Shown here piece by piece: positions 1 through 9,454 of a stretch of 45,868 nucleotides of DNA (its first letter is position 1; each line of letters starts with the position of its first letter). The stretch is from positions 1-45,868 of the forward strand of contig JABJJH010000037.1 in assembly GCA_018660965.1 (NCBI GenBank). The letters are read 5' to 3'. The notes below the pieces were generated by a model. The model saw only the letters and a program-made list of their open reading frames with translations, had not been told where the DNA came from and ran no database searches. A program made the translations under genes and the position numbers. This DNA comes from Rhodospirillaceae bacterium. Its GTDB lineage: Bacteria; Pseudomonadota; Alphaproteobacteria; UBA8366; GCA-2717185.

Positions 1-668
1 GAATCCAGTCGATACCGGCGGTTTTCGCGTTCGCTGGCGGCCAACCCGTGGACGGGTTCACCGGCGCGCTGCCGGAAAGCCAGATCAAACAATTCCTAGA
101 CCGGGTCCTGCGCGCGGCGAAAGACAAAACCGCGCCGTCGCCCATCGACGAAGCACTGGAACGCGCCGCCGAGGCCATAGACGCCAACGACCTAGACACC
201 GCCGGGGCGATCTATAGCGAAGTCCTGAAGCATCAGGCCGAAAACGTCGCCGCGATCGCCGGGCTGGCGACCGTCCTGCACGCCAAGGGCGAAACCGACG
301 CCGCGCGCGAATTCCTGAATGGCGTTTCCGCCAAGCTTAAGGAAGACCCCGCGATCAAGGGCGTTCTGGCCAGCCTGGACCTGGCCGAAAAGGCCGGCGA
401 CGCGCTGGTCGATCTGGAGCCGTTACGCCAAAGACTAGCGGTGGACGAAAACGACCATCAGGCGCGCTATGACCTGGCGCTGGCGTTGTATGCGTCAGGC
501 GACGCGGAAGCCGCCATCGACGAGTTGCTGACCCTGTTCGGACGCAATCGCGCCTGGAACGACGACGCCGCGCGCAAGCAGCTTATCGAAATCTTCGACG
601 CGCTGGGCGCGGAAAGCGAACTGGTCGCCGACAGCCGACGGCGGCTATCGACGCTTTTGTTCGCATGA
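1..668 (+). CDS. Thioredoxin-domain/TPR co-chaperone (YbbN/CnoX-like), C-terminal part; 5' end lies outside the window
   Basis: Frame 3 is open from base 3. Residues upstream of the listed Met read IQSIPAVFAFAGGQPVDGF (end of a thioredoxin fold), followed by Ala/Leu-rich TPR-like repeats. The stop overlaps the next start (ATGA at 665-668). Confidence 0.8.
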   Translation, partial: IQSIPAVFAFAGGQPVDGFTGALPESQIKQFLDRVLRAAKDKTAPSPIDEALERAAEAIDANDLDTAGAIYSEVLKHQAENVAAIAGLATVLHAKGETDAAREFLNGVSAKLKEDPAIKGVLASLDLAEKAGDALVDLEPLRQRLAVDENDHQARYDLALALYASGDAEAAIDELLTLFGRNRAWNDDAARKQLIEIFDALGAESELVADSRRRLSTLLFA

Positions 669-1333
669 GCCCCTTCGACCCGCCGTTCGACGAACTTCCG
701 GGCGTCCTGCCCGTATTTCCGTTGACCGGCGTGTTGTTGTTGCCGCGCGGTCGATTGCCGCTGAATATCTTCGAACCCCGTTACCTCAACATGATCCGGG
801 ATGGGCTGGCGCCGCCGCGCATGATCGGCATGATACAGCCCGCCAAAGCGCAATCCGAAGCCGAGGAAACCGACCCAAAGTTATACGCAACCGGATGCGC
901 CGGACGCATCACGCAATTCGAGGAAACCGACGACGGGCGTTTCGTGTTGAGCTTGCTGGGGGTCTGCCGCTTCGATATTGTCGAGGAGTTGGCGCAACAA
1001 AACGGCTATCGGCGCTGCACGGTTGATTGGTCCCAATACGCCCAAGACATGACCAATCCGGCGGAAACCGCGGCGCCATTCAACCGAAACCGCTTGCGAC
1101 CACCCCTGGAACGATATTTCCAACGGCGCGACATCAACGCCAATTGGGACGCTATCGACAAACTGGACGACGACCGGCTGATTAATACAATCGCCATGCT
1201 ATGCCCCTTCGCCGCGCCTGAAAAGCAGGCCCTGCTGGAAGCGCCCGGCCAAATCCAGCGCGGTGAATTACTGCTCGCCATTCTGGAAATGGCGAGCATG
1301 GCGGACACCGATGACAACGAGACCCGGCAATAA
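665..1333 (+). CDS. LON substrate-binding (Lon N-terminal) domain protein
   Basis: LPVFPLTGVLLLPRGRLPLNIFEPRYLNMIRD is the typical Lon N-terminal domain opening. About 220 aa, with no ATPase or protease part. Confidence 0.85.
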   Translation: MSPFDPPFDELPGVLPVFPLTGVLLLPRGRLPLNIFEPRYLNMIRDGLAPPRMIGMIQPAKAQSEAEETDPKLYATGCAGRITQFEETDDGRFVLSLLGVCRFDIVEELAQQNGYRRCTVDWSQYAQDMTNPAETAAPFNRNRLRPPLERYFQRRDINANWDAIDKLDDDRLINTIAMLCPFAAPEKQALLEAPGQIQRGELLLAILEMASMADTDDNETRQ

Positions 1334-1404
1334 AATCGGGTTATTGATCCCGGGGCGATCCGGGTAGACTTTTTGAAAGCCGCTAACAACGGAGGACCGA
1401 CACA

Positions 1405-1617
1405 ATGAGTGCGAAACAATCGGGGAGCACGACACAATCGGGCGTCGATCCGAAACTCCTGGAAATTCTCGTATGTCCGTTGACCAAGGGCCCCCTGGTT
1501 CTGGATGCGGCGCGCAACGAGCTTGTGAGCAAGCAAGCCAACCTGGCCTACCCTATTCGCGACGGCATCCCGATCATGCTGGTCGAGGAAGCACGCCAAA
1601 TTGACGACCCTTCATAA
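1405..1617 (+). CDS. Trm112 family protein (UPF0434)
   Basis: 70 aa with [14 protein letters not shown]...[17 protein letters not shown], the Trm112/YcaR signature. GGAGG lies 9 nt upstream of the ATG. Confidence 0.85.
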   Translation: MSAKQSGSTTQSGVDPKLLEILVCPLTKGPLVLDAARNELVSKQANLAYPIRDGIPIMLVEEARQIDDPS

Positions 1618-1630
1618 TTCCGAGGACCGC

Positions 1631-2014
1631 ATGGCCCAATCCCCAAACAAATTTTCAGCCGACCACTGGCCGAATGAAATTCGTTACAAAAAGGATGAAA
1701 AAATCCTGGAGATCAATTTTGACGACGGCGCGACCTTCCGGTTTCCCGCCGAGTTCCTGCGCGTTGAAAGCCCATCGGCGGAAGTACAAGGCCACGGTCC
1801 CGATGACAGGAAAACCGTGCCGGGCTGTCGTCATGTCGAAATCGAGTCCATGGACCCGGTGGGTAATTACGCGATCCGCATAAATTTTGGTGATTCGCAC
1901 AATACCGGCATATTCACGTGGCGGTATCTATATGAAATCGGCCAAAAACAGGACGCCCTTTGGGTGGATTATCTTGACGCCCTGACGGAACAAGGCCTGT
2001 CCCGAGATCCATAA
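1631..2014 (+). CDS. DUF971 domain protein (gamma-butyrobetaine hydroxylase-like N-terminal domain)
   Basis: Motifs FDDGATFRFPAEFLRVESPSAEVQGHG and YAIRINFGDSHNTGIFTWRYL. ATG 1631 is preferred over TTG 1601 because GAGGA lies 4 nt upstream. Confidence 0.78.
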   Translation: MAQSPNKFSADHWPNEIRYKKDEKILEINFDDGATFRFPAEFLRVESPSAEVQGHGPDDRKTVPGCRHVEIESMDPVGNYAIRINFGDSHNTGIFTWRYLYEIGQKQDALWVDYLDALTEQGLSRDP

Positions 2015-2052
2015 TCCGCGAACGCGCCGCCCGATGAAGGAAGCGAGGCATC

Positions 2053-2406
2053 ATGACAAACGATTCTTCCCCGACAATCACCGGATATCACGCCCACATT
2101 TATTTTGATTCCGAAACGGAACCGGCGGCCCAAGCGCTGCGCACAGACATCGACGCGCGTTTCGAAGTTGTGCTCGGTCGGTGGCATCACAAACCCGTCG
2201 GGCCGCACCCGCGCTGGATGTATCAAGTCGCCTTCAAGCCCGACATATTCGCGGACTTCGCGCCCTGGCTGGCGTTGAACCGCCGGGGTCTGGTTGTTTT
2301 CCTGCACCCGGAAACCGGCGATAGCGTCGCCGACCATACCGATCACGCCATGTGGATGGGCGACATTCTCGATCTGAATTTGAGCGTCCTGACGAAGGCG
2401 TCCTAA
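2053..2406 (+). CDS. DOPA 4,5-dioxygenase family protein
   Basis: 117 aa with YHAHIYFD near the N-terminus and later HP/HxxH segments typical of this small family. Confidence 0.7.
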   Translation: MTNDSSPTITGYHAHIYFDSETEPAAQALRTDIDARFEVVLGRWHHKPVGPHPRWMYQVAFKPDIFADFAPWLALNRRGLVVFLHPETGDSVADHTDHAMWMGDILDLNLSVLTKAS

Positions 2407-3689
2407 AGCGGGTCGCCCTTTACAAGGCGGGGCAACGTCCCGACGACCCCCATGGCGTGCCGCATGAAAAGCTGTTTCAGCGGCAGTATTTTCCCGACCC
2501 CCGCCAGACCGATGTCACGCGCCAGACGCACCGGCGCGACATCATTGGAAAACAGACGGGTCAATCCATCGGTCACGGTCGCCAACAAGGTGTTGTCAAA
2601 CCGCCGCCATCGCTCGTAACGCGCCAGCACGGCGGCGTCGCCGATATCGAGGCCGAGCCGATGTGCGTCAACCACGGCTTCGGCAAGCGCCGCGATATCG
2701 CGCAACCCCATGTTGAAACCCTGACCGGCGATGGGATGGATGGCGTGCGCGGCGTCGCCGATCAACGCCAAACGCCGGTCGGTGTAACGTTCCGCATGCA
2801 AGAGCCCCAACGGATAAGCGAAACGGGGCCCGGCCAGTGTCAATTCGCCCAGCCAATCGCCGAAACGCCGCGAGACTTCTTCAAGAAACGCCGCGTCGTC
2901 GAGCGCCATGATGCTGTCCACCAGTTCTGTTTTCTCGGACCAGACGATATTGGTTCGCTGTCCGGGCAAGGGCAACATCGCGAACGGACCGCCCGGCAGG
3001 AACAATTCGACCGCGACGCCATTATGCGGCTGTTCATGGGCGACCGTGCAGACAATCGATGTTTGCGGATAGCGGAAATCCGTCACCGCAATCCCCGCTG
3101 ATTGGCGCTGCGCTGAATTCCGGCCATCCGCGCCAATCGCAAGCGCCGCCTTAACGCGCCGCCCGTCTACCAGCTCCCCCAAGACACCGAAGGGTGTGCG
3201 CTCCACCGAGGACAGGACGGCCGGGGCGAGCAGTTCCACCCCCGACGATTGTTCCGCCGCATCGGCAAGCGCCGTTCGTATGGCCCTGTTTTCAAGGATA
3301 TAGCCAAAAGGCGCATCCGGCGTTATAACGGCGTCTGGCAACAGCTCGCGATGGTCGTAATGCAGAAACAGCGGCGAAACGCCCTCCGACAAATTACCGT
3401 CGGCGACGCGAATATCGAGGATTGGCTCCGCAACGTCGACCATCGCCGGCCACACTCCGATTCCTTCGAAGATCCGCGCCGACCCATACGAAATCGCCGA
3501 GGTTCGGCCGTCGAAAGTCGAAGACTTCAGCACAGATGACGCCTGACGCTCCACCACGACCGCGCGCAATCCGGCGTGAGCGACGGCGAGCGCCATCGTC
3601 ATCCCCGCAAGGCCGCCGCCCGCGATCAGGACATCGGCCACGATTTCAATGTGTGTTGGGTCCGGCTGGTCTGTTGGATTAGGCATCAC
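2403..3689 (-). CDS. UbiH/UbiF/VisC/Coq6-family FAD-dependent ubiquinone biosynthesis hydroxylase
   Basis: N-terminal DVLIAGGGLAGMTMA dinucleotide fold, LIGDAAHAIHPIAGQGFNMGLRD FAD-binding motif, about 428 aa. Confidence 0.9.
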   Translation of the reverse strand: MMPNPTDQPDPTHIEIVADVLIAGGGLAGMTMALAVAHAGLRAVVVERQASSVLKSSTFDGRTSAISYGSARIFEGIGVWPAMVDVAEPILDIRVADGNLSEGVSPLFLHYDHRELLPDAVITPDAPFGYILENRAIRTALADAAEQSSGVELLAPAVLSSVERTPFGVLGELVDGRRVKAALAIGADGRNSAQRQSAGIAVTDFRYPQTSIVCTVAHEQPHNGVAVELFLPGGPFAMLPLPGQRTNIVWSEKTELVDSIMALDDAAFLEEVSRRFGDWLGELTLAGPRFAYPLGLLHAERYTDRRLALIGDAAHAIHPIAGQGFNMGLRDIAALAEAVVDAHRLGLDIGDAAVLARYERWRRFDNTLLATVTDGLTRLFSNDVAPVRLARDIGLAGVGKILPLKQLFMRHAMGVVGTLPRLVKGDPL

Positions 3690-3904
3690 GTCAACATCGC
3701 GCCTTCATGCGAGCTTGTCTAGTGGCGGGGCAGCATATTGGCGGCTCACTGCATTTAGTTTTCCGCATTGTTTAATTTATATTTATTTTACGCAGCTTTT
3801 TTCATCAAGTATTCAAGCATTGAACATTTGTGCTTTCTTTTGACCAACTCTTGCCTTCAAGAAGCCGTACGGGTAGTATCGGTGTTGAATGTTTATGTTT
3901 TGTA

Positions 3905-3936
3905 CCGCGCCGATAGGGATAAACGAGATGGCGCGG
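3905..3936 (+). promoter_or_regulatory. Possible 5'-UTR stem-loop just upstream of the ftsK ribosome-binding site
   Basis: CCGCGCC (3905-3911) pairs with GGCGCGG (3930-3936) around an 18-nt loop. AGGAGG at 3939-3944 and ATG at 3955 follow. Confidence 0.25.
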
Positions 3937-3954
3937 CATAGGAGGCCTGAATAA

Positions 3955-6300
3955 ATGGCCGTTCGCAAGAAAACCGCCCTGTTGCCGGCTGGCGCCATGT
4001 CGTACATGCGTGATCGGATGATTGAGGCCGCCGGGCTCGTGCTGATCGCGCTATCCATTGCTTTTTCGATCGCTCTGGCGAGCCACAACCCAACCGATTT
4101 ATCATGGAACACCGCAGCGCCGCTTGGCGCGGTGTCTAATGTGTTGGGAATGGCGGGGTCCCATGTCAGTGATCTTACGCTTCAGTCTCTAGGGCTTTCT
4201 GGCGTTCTGCTGGCGCCAATCGCCGCCGGTTGGGGTTGGCGGTTATGGAAAACCCACGCTCTGGTAAATATTTGGCTTCGGATTGCGCTGCTGCCCCTCG
4301 GAATTCTGGCCGCCGCGATGGCGCTGGGATCGATAGACGCACCAGATGCGTGGCCATATCAGGCGGGTATTGGCGGTTTCACCGGCGCGCTTTTGTTCAC
4401 GCAGGCCGTGGAGTTCACCACATCGTTCGGAATTGTCCCTGACACCCGGATTATTGGCGCAAGCGCCGGTTTTGCCGGGGTTTTTGTTTTGTACTATGTC
4501 CTTGGCTTCAGCGTTGCTGAATGGCGTAGCGGAGCGTCCCGCACGGCGGAACTGGTCGGCGCTGGCAAGGACGCCGCCCAACAAGTGCGCGGCTGGCCTA
4601 AAATAATAAGTACATTCGCCCGCGCCACCGGACGCCGGTTCGGGACGGAAGAACGCATTGAGCCGACACTTGACCGAACCGCTGGCGCCCGCAAAGCTGT
4701 CCAGCGCGGCTTGGTGGAGACTAAGGAAAAGTCAGTTCGACCGGGGCGCAAGGCCACGGTTCGGCAGCGCACATTAGATCTCGCGACGCCCACGGGCGAA
4801 TTTCAAGCCCCGACACTGGAGCTTCTCGACGACGCACCCGATTCCGCGAAACGAGGACAGGCCGTCAATGAAGAAGGATTGCAGCAAAACGCCCGTTTGC
4901 TTGAAGGCGTTTTAGAGGATTTTGGCGTTCGCGGCGATATTACCAAGGTTCGCCCCGGACCGGTCGTGACGCTGTATGAACTGGAGCCCGCCCCAGGAAC
5001 GAAGACCAGTCGGGTTATCGGCCTGGCGGATGATATAGCGCGGTCTATGAGCGCCATATCAGTTCGCATCGCCACGGTGCCCGGCAGGAGCGTGATTGGC
5101 GTTGAATTGCCCAATGCGCGCCGCGAAATGGTTTATTTACGCGAATTGCTGTCTTCCAGCGCATTCGAGGACGCTAAATCCAAACTGCCCCTTGTTTTAG
5201 GCAAGGATATTGGCGGCGCGCCTGTCATTGTCGACCTTGCGCGCATGCCGCATTTGTTGATCGCAGGTACGACCGGTTCAGGTAAATCTGTTGGCTTGAA
5301 CGCCATGATTTTATCGCTTCTGTACCGAATGTCGCCGGAAGACTGCAAATTCATCATGATCGACCCGAAGATGTTGGAATTGTCGATCTATGACGACATT
5401 CCGCACCTGATTTCTCCCGTCGTGACCGAACCCAAAAAGGCCATCGTCGCGTTGAAATGGACCGTTCGGGAAATGGAGGAACGATATCGCGGCATGTCCA
5501 AACTGGGCGTGCGCAATATAGAGGGTTACAACAAACGCGTCGCCGACGCCCGCAAGAAGGGCGAAATACTGACTCGTAAAGTTCAGACAGGGTTCGACGC
5601 CGAAACCGGTAAACCGGTTTTTGAGGAACAACCTCTCGACCTGTCGGCCTTGCCCTATATCGTCGTCGTGGTCGATGAAATGGCTGACCTTATGCTTGTC
5701 GCCGGAAAAGACATTGAAGCGACGATCCAGCGGTTGGCGCAAATGGCCCGGGCCGCAGGCATTCACTTGATCATGGCGACCCAACGTCCTTCGGTGGACG
5801 TTGTCACCGGCACAATCAAAGCTAACTTTCCAACCCGCATCAGTTTCCAGGTCACGTCTAAAATTGACAGCCGAACCATTCTTGGCGAACAGGGCGCGGA
5901 ACAATTGCTGGGACAGGGCGATATGTTGTATATGGCCGGGGGCGGACGCATCACGCGGGTGCATGGACCTTTCGTTCATGACGACGAAGTCGAAGGCGTT
6001 GTTCGGTTCCTTAAATCCCAGGGCTCGCCATCCTATATAGATGCGATCACCGACGATGATGACAGTGGCGGTTTCGATATTGGGGACAGCGATGGCGGCA
6101 GCGGCGATGAACTTTATGATCGCGCTGTTGCGCTTATCACTTCCGAAGGCAAGGCGTCGACCAGTTTTATTCAACGTCACCTTCAAATCGGCTATAACCG
6201 AGCTGCGCGTATTATTGAAAAAATGGAAAAAGAAGGCGTTGTCAGTGCAGCCAACCATGTGGGCAAGCGGGAAATTTTGGTCGGCGACCACAGCGCCTAA
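3955..6300 (+). CDS. ftsK: DNA translocase FtsK
   Basis: N-terminal membrane helices, linker, motor domain with Walker A GTTGSGKS and VVVVDEMADL, and a C-terminal gamma (winged-helix) domain ASTSFIQRHLQIGYNRAARIIEKMEKEGVV. Confidence 0.95.
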   Translation: MAVRKKTALLPAGAMSYMRDRMIEAAGLVLIALSIAFSIALASHNPTDLSWNTAAPLGAVSNVLGMAGSHVSDLTLQSLGLSGVLLAPIAAGWGWRLWKTHALVNIWLRIALLPLGILAAAMALGSIDAPDAWPYQAGIGGFTGALLFTQAVEFTTSFGIVPDTRIIGASAGFAGVFVLYYVLGFSVAEWRSGASRTAELVGAGKDAAQQVRGWPKIISTFARATGRRFGTEERIEPTLDRTAGARKAVQRGLVETKEKSVRPGRKATVRQRTLDLATPTGEFQAPTLELLDDAPDSAKRGQAVNEEGLQQNARLLEGVLEDFGVRGDITKVRPGPVVTLYELEPAPGTKTSRVIGLADDIARSMSAISVRIATVPGRSVIGVELPNARREMVYLRELLSSSAFEDAKSKLPLVLGKDIGGAPVIVDLARMPHLLIAGTTGSGKSVGLNAMILSLLYRMSPEDCKFIMIDPKMLELSIYDDIPHLISPVVTEPKKAIVALKWTVREMEERYRGMSKLGVRNIEGYNKRVADARKKGEILTRKVQTGFDAETGKPVFEEQPLDLSALPYIVVVVDEMADLMLVAGKDIEATIQRLAQMARAAGIHLIMATQRPSVDVVTGTIKANFPTRISFQVTSKIDSRTILGEQGAEQLLGQGDMLYMAGGGRITRVHGPFVHDDEVEGVVRFLKSQGSPSYIDAITDDDDSGGFDIGDSDGGSGDELYDRAVALITSEGKASTSFIQRHLQIGYNRAARIIEKMEKEGVVSAANHVGKREILVGDHSA

Positions 6301-6931
6301 TCTCCTTAAACGGATTACCCCTGGGCTTGGCGCGTTTTTCCTTTTTCTTTTCCTCACGACGTTTGGGTTTCCCGCTCTCAGCGCTTCATCACCGACCTAT
6401 CCACCGAAAATCAAACGGATAGAAGCGTATCTGAACAGCATCACGACCCTGCAGTCCCGGTTTTTGCAGGAAAACCCGGATGGTTCCGTTTCCGAAGGCA
6501 TTCTGTATCTGGATCGGCCCGGTAATCTTCGATTCGAATATGACCCGCCGGACCCGTATCTCATCATGGTGAAGGAAAAATGGCTTATCTTTGTCGATAA
6601 GGAACTCCCTCAAACCACTTATATCGCCGTCGAAAAAACACCCGCTTACTTTCTCACCCAGGAAATTGTCGATTTCTCAAAAGGCCTTGAAATTACGCGG
6701 TTTGAACACCGCGACGGGGCTTTCCGGTTGGATATTCAACAAAACGCCGAAGACAACGCGGGGAGCGTAACCCTTATTTTTTCCGATAAGCCGCTGACGC
6801 TGCGTAAATGGCGATCCTATGGCGTCGATGGCGGCATCACCGACACAACGCTCATCAACCCTGAATTTGGCGCTTCTTTAGATGGCGCCATCTTTGAGTT
6901 CGAAGAACCCCGGGGCGAGGGTGCGAATTAG
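6257..6931 (+). CDS. lolA: LolA-like outer-membrane lipoprotein carrier protein
   Basis: Hydrophobic signal-like N-terminus (GAFFLFLFLTTFGFPALSA), then LQSRFLQENPDGSVSEGILYLDRPGNLRFEYDPPDPYLIMVKEKWLIFVDKEL. The first in-frame ATG giving a signal peptide is 6257, which overlaps the ftsK 3' end by 44 nt. Confidence 0.72.
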   Translation: MWASGKFWSATTAPNLLKRITPGLGAFFLFLFLTTFGFPALSASSPTYPPKIKRIEAYLNSITTLQSRFLQENPDGSVSEGILYLDRPGNLRFEYDPPDPYLIMVKEKWLIFVDKELPQTTYIAVEKTPAYFLTQEIVDFSKGLEITRFEHRDGAFRLDIQQNAEDNAGSVTLIFSDKPLTLRKWRSYGVDGGITDTTLINPEFGASLDGAIFEFEEPRGEGAN

Positions 6932-7009
6932 TGCCGTGTGTTCGGCGCCATGCCGAATTGAGCGCCCCTATCTTGTCGGCGCACCTTGATCATGATAGGT
7001 ATATTTCCC

Positions 7010-7807
7010 ATGATATTAGATGATTCGATGCCGCTTGTCGGAATTCCGGCCTGCCTGATAAACGACGAAGGCCGCAGGATTCACCGGGTTGGCGATAAAT
7101 ATGTCGATGCCGTTTACGACGCTTCCGGATGCGCGGCTGTGCTTGTCCCCGCGATGGGAGATCGGCACGACTTTAAGACTCTAATTGATCGCTTAGACGG
7201 AATTCTCTTAACTGGCGGGGCTTCCAATGTTGAACCTTTCCATTATGACGGCCAACCTAGCCGACGGGGAACGCTTCACGATTCACGGCGCGACCACACG
7301 ACGCTGCCTTTGATTCGACAGGCGGTGGAGGCCGATGTCCCTGTTTTTGCCGTTTGTAGGGGAATTCAGGAATTGAATGTCGCTTTAGGGGGTACGCTGC
7401 ACCAACTTATCCACGAATTGCCGGGTAAAACCGACCACAGAATGGACCGCAAACTGCCTTCTTCAGAAAGGTTTGTCCCGCGCCATACGATCAATATTAC
7501 CCCAGGGGGCGTGTTGCACGATTTGACTGGCGGCGCGGTGAACGCCATCGTTAATTCCGCCCACGCCCAGGCGATCGATAAACCGGCGGAACGGCTATCT
7601 GTCGAAGCCCTTAGTGAAGACGGCGTCATCGAATGCGTTAGTGTTAAGGGGTCAAACACGTTCTCAATCGGCGTGCAATGGCACCCTGAACACCCGCTTG
7701 CCATAAAAACACCACTGTCCATCACTCTATTCAAAGCATTTGGTGAAGCATGCCGGAGCAGGGAACGCGCGCGTCGTGAGCCGACCCGGCGAACCCAAGC
7801 CGCCTGA
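7010..7807 (+). CDS. Gamma-glutamyl-gamma-aminobutyrate hydrolase family protein (class I glutamine amidotransferase, peptidase C26)
   Basis: Motifs LLTGGASNVEP, AVCRGIQELNVALGGTL (nucleophile Cys) and VQWHPE. The start is uncertain (TTG 6986, ATG 6992, 7010 or 7028). Confidence 0.85.
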   Translation: MILDDSMPLVGIPACLINDEGRRIHRVGDKYVDAVYDASGCAAVLVPAMGDRHDFKTLIDRLDGILLTGGASNVEPFHYDGQPSRRGTLHDSRRDHTTLPLIRQAVEADVPVFAVCRGIQELNVALGGTLHQLIHELPGKTDHRMDRKLPSSERFVPRHTINITPGGVLHDLTGGAVNAIVNSAHAQAIDKPAERLSVEALSEDGVIECVSVKGSNTFSIGVQWHPEHPLAIKTPLSITLFKAFGEACRSRERARREPTRRTQAA

Positions 7808-7899
7808 CAATGCGTGCGGGTGGTTGTCCTCGCCATTAGTTACGATACCGAAATATTCTTCCTTTCTGCTGTTAGGTCCACCCGTACATTGAGGCTTTC

Positions 7900-8589
7900 A
7901 TGACTGCTTTCGCCATCCCGACCTGGGAAACGCCCTCTATCCCCATCACCGGCGCCGCCAACGCTTTTCCGGTCCGGCGCATTTATTGTGTTGGGCGGAA
8001 CTACGCGGCCCATGCTCGTGAAATGGGGCATGACCCGGATCGCGAACCGCCGTTTTTCTTCACCAAACCCGCCGACGCCATCGTTCCCAACGGCGCAGGG
8101 ACCCCTTATCCCGTTCAAACCACGAATTTGCACCCGGAAATCGAGATGGTCGTCGCCCTTGCAACCGGCGGCAAGGACATTCCACTCGACCAGGCGAACG
8201 ACTGTATTTACGGCTATGGCGTCGGGCTTGATCTGACACGCCGTGATATGCAGGGCGTCGCCAAGGATATGGGCCGCCCTTGGGACATGTCCAAGGGATT
8301 TGATCATTCCGCCCCGGTTACATCGATAACCCCGATATTTCAATGCGGTATTATTGAATCGGGGCGGATATCTTTAACGGTGAACGGCGAGCTTCGCCAG
8401 GATTCGGATTTAAACGCCATGATTTGGAGCGTCCCTGAAACTATTAACTACTTGTCCGGGTTGATTGAATTGAAACCAGGCGACCTTATTTTCACCGGCA
8501 CCCCCGATGGCGTCGCCGCCATTGAGCGAGGCGACGTTCTGGAAGGCCATGTCGATGGGCTCGAAACTTTAAAAACCACGATGATTTAA
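7900..8589 (+). CDS. Fumarylacetoacetate hydrolase (FAH) family protein
   Basis: Motifs RIYCVGRNYAAHAREMG, PFFFTKP, EIEMVVA, GDLIFTGTPDGV. Confidence 0.9.
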   Translation: MTAFAIPTWETPSIPITGAANAFPVRRIYCVGRNYAAHAREMGHDPDREPPFFFTKPADAIVPNGAGTPYPVQTTNLHPEIEMVVALATGGKDIPLDQANDCIYGYGVGLDLTRRDMQGVAKDMGRPWDMSKGFDHSAPVTSITPIFQCGIIESGRISLTVNGELRQDSDLNAMIWSVPETINYLSGLIELKPGDLIFTGTPDGVAAIERGDVLEGHVDGLETLKTTMI

Positions 8590-8599
8590 GGCGCGAAAA

Positions 8600-9394
8600 A
8601 TGCGGCTTGCAACATGGAACATTAATTCGATTCGATTGCGTATCGATTTATTGAAACGCCTGACTGAAGAGCAATCGCCCGACGTCATTTGTCTGCAGGA
8701 AACCAAGGTAGTGGACGATTTGTTCCCGGCGGACGCGGTTAAGGCCTTGGGCTACCTTCACATCGCGTTTCACGGGATGAAAGGATACAATGGCGTCGCG
8801 ATCTTATCCCGCCAGCCCTTGGAGGCCGTGGAGTCGCTCCAGTGGTGCGGAAAACAGGATTGCCGTCATCTGAGCGCCGTATTGCCAGGTGATATCGAGC
8901 TTCATAACTTCTATGTCCCCGCCGGTGGTGACACGCCCGACCCCGAAGAGAACGATAAATTCGCCCACAAACTGGCGTTTCTCGACGAAATGAACGCCTG
9001 GTTCACCGCCAACAGGTCTTCGAGCCGCAAGATGGTGCTGGTGGGCGATCTGAATATCGCGCCACTGGAATCGGATGTCTGGTCCCACAAACAATTATTG
9101 AAGGTCGTGTCCCATACTCCAATCGAGGTTGAGAAACTAACCGCCATCCAGACACAATCGGATTGGGTCGATGCGGTCCGACAATTTATTCCGGAACCGG
9201 AACGATTGTACAGTTGGTGGAGCTATCGATCCCGCGATTGGACCAAGGGGGACCGGGGGCGACGCCTTGATCATGTCTGGGTCAGCCCGCCCTTACGCGA
9301 TTTTCTATCCGGGGCCACCGTGCTTCGCGACGCGCGGAGCTGGGAAAAACCCTCGGACCATGTTCCGGTCATCGTCGATATAAACACCGACTGA
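8600..9394 (+). CDS. xthA: Exodeoxyribonuclease III
   Basis: MRLATWNINSIR...VICLQETK...GDLNIAP...RLDHVW...SDHVPV; full EEP-fold ExoIII motif set. Confidence 0.92.
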   Translation: MRLATWNINSIRLRIDLLKRLTEEQSPDVICLQETKVVDDLFPADAVKALGYLHIAFHGMKGYNGVAILSRQPLEAVESLQWCGKQDCRHLSAVLPGDIELHNFYVPAGGDTPDPEENDKFAHKLAFLDEMNAWFTANRSSSRKMVLVGDLNIAPLESDVWSHKQLLKVVSHTPIEVEKLTAIQTQSDWVDAVRQFIPEPERLYSWWSYRSRDWTKGDRGRRLDHVWVSPPLRDFLSGATVLRDARSWEKPSDHVPVIVDINTD

Positions 9395-9454
9395 ACTAGG
9401 CGTCAAAACTATTTAATTGCGTAATAAACTGAAAGTTAATCGGTCAGCACGCCA

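Noticed and set aside
1349-1375. Short hairpin CCCGG-GGCGAT-CCGGG followed by a T-run after the Lon-N domain gene
   Set aside because: The stem is only 5 bp and the T-tract is separated from it by several bases. This is marginal as an intrinsic terminator, so it is not listed as a feature.
2403-2406. Convergent genes sharing overlapping stop codons (CTAA: TAA on plus, TAG on minus)
   Set aside because: This is a common compact-genome arrangement with no functional implication I can support. It is mentioned only within the convergent-overlap finding.
2352-3101. 249-aa plus-strand ORF overlapping the UbiH-family gene
   Set aside because: It is antisense to a gene with clear FAD-binding motifs, and its R/Q/D-rich product has no recognisable domain.
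6041-6256. N-terminal extensions of listed ORFs (6041 for lolA-like, 20011 for the ABC ATPase, 21591 for the binding protein, 41915 for lptE, 34144 for the CDP-alcohol transferase, 45419 for parA)
   Set aside because: The extensions overlap the preceding gene in another frame and add non-homologous, Arg-rich sequence. Internal starts give proper signal peptides or Walker-A-proximal N-termini with ribosome-binding sites or start/stop coupling.
5311-6357. 348-aa ORF on the minus strand, entirely antisense to ftsK
   Set aside because: It shadows a gene with unmistakable FtsK motifs. The translation is Arg/Gly/His-rich with no recognisable domain, typical of stop-poor antisense frames in high-GC DNA.
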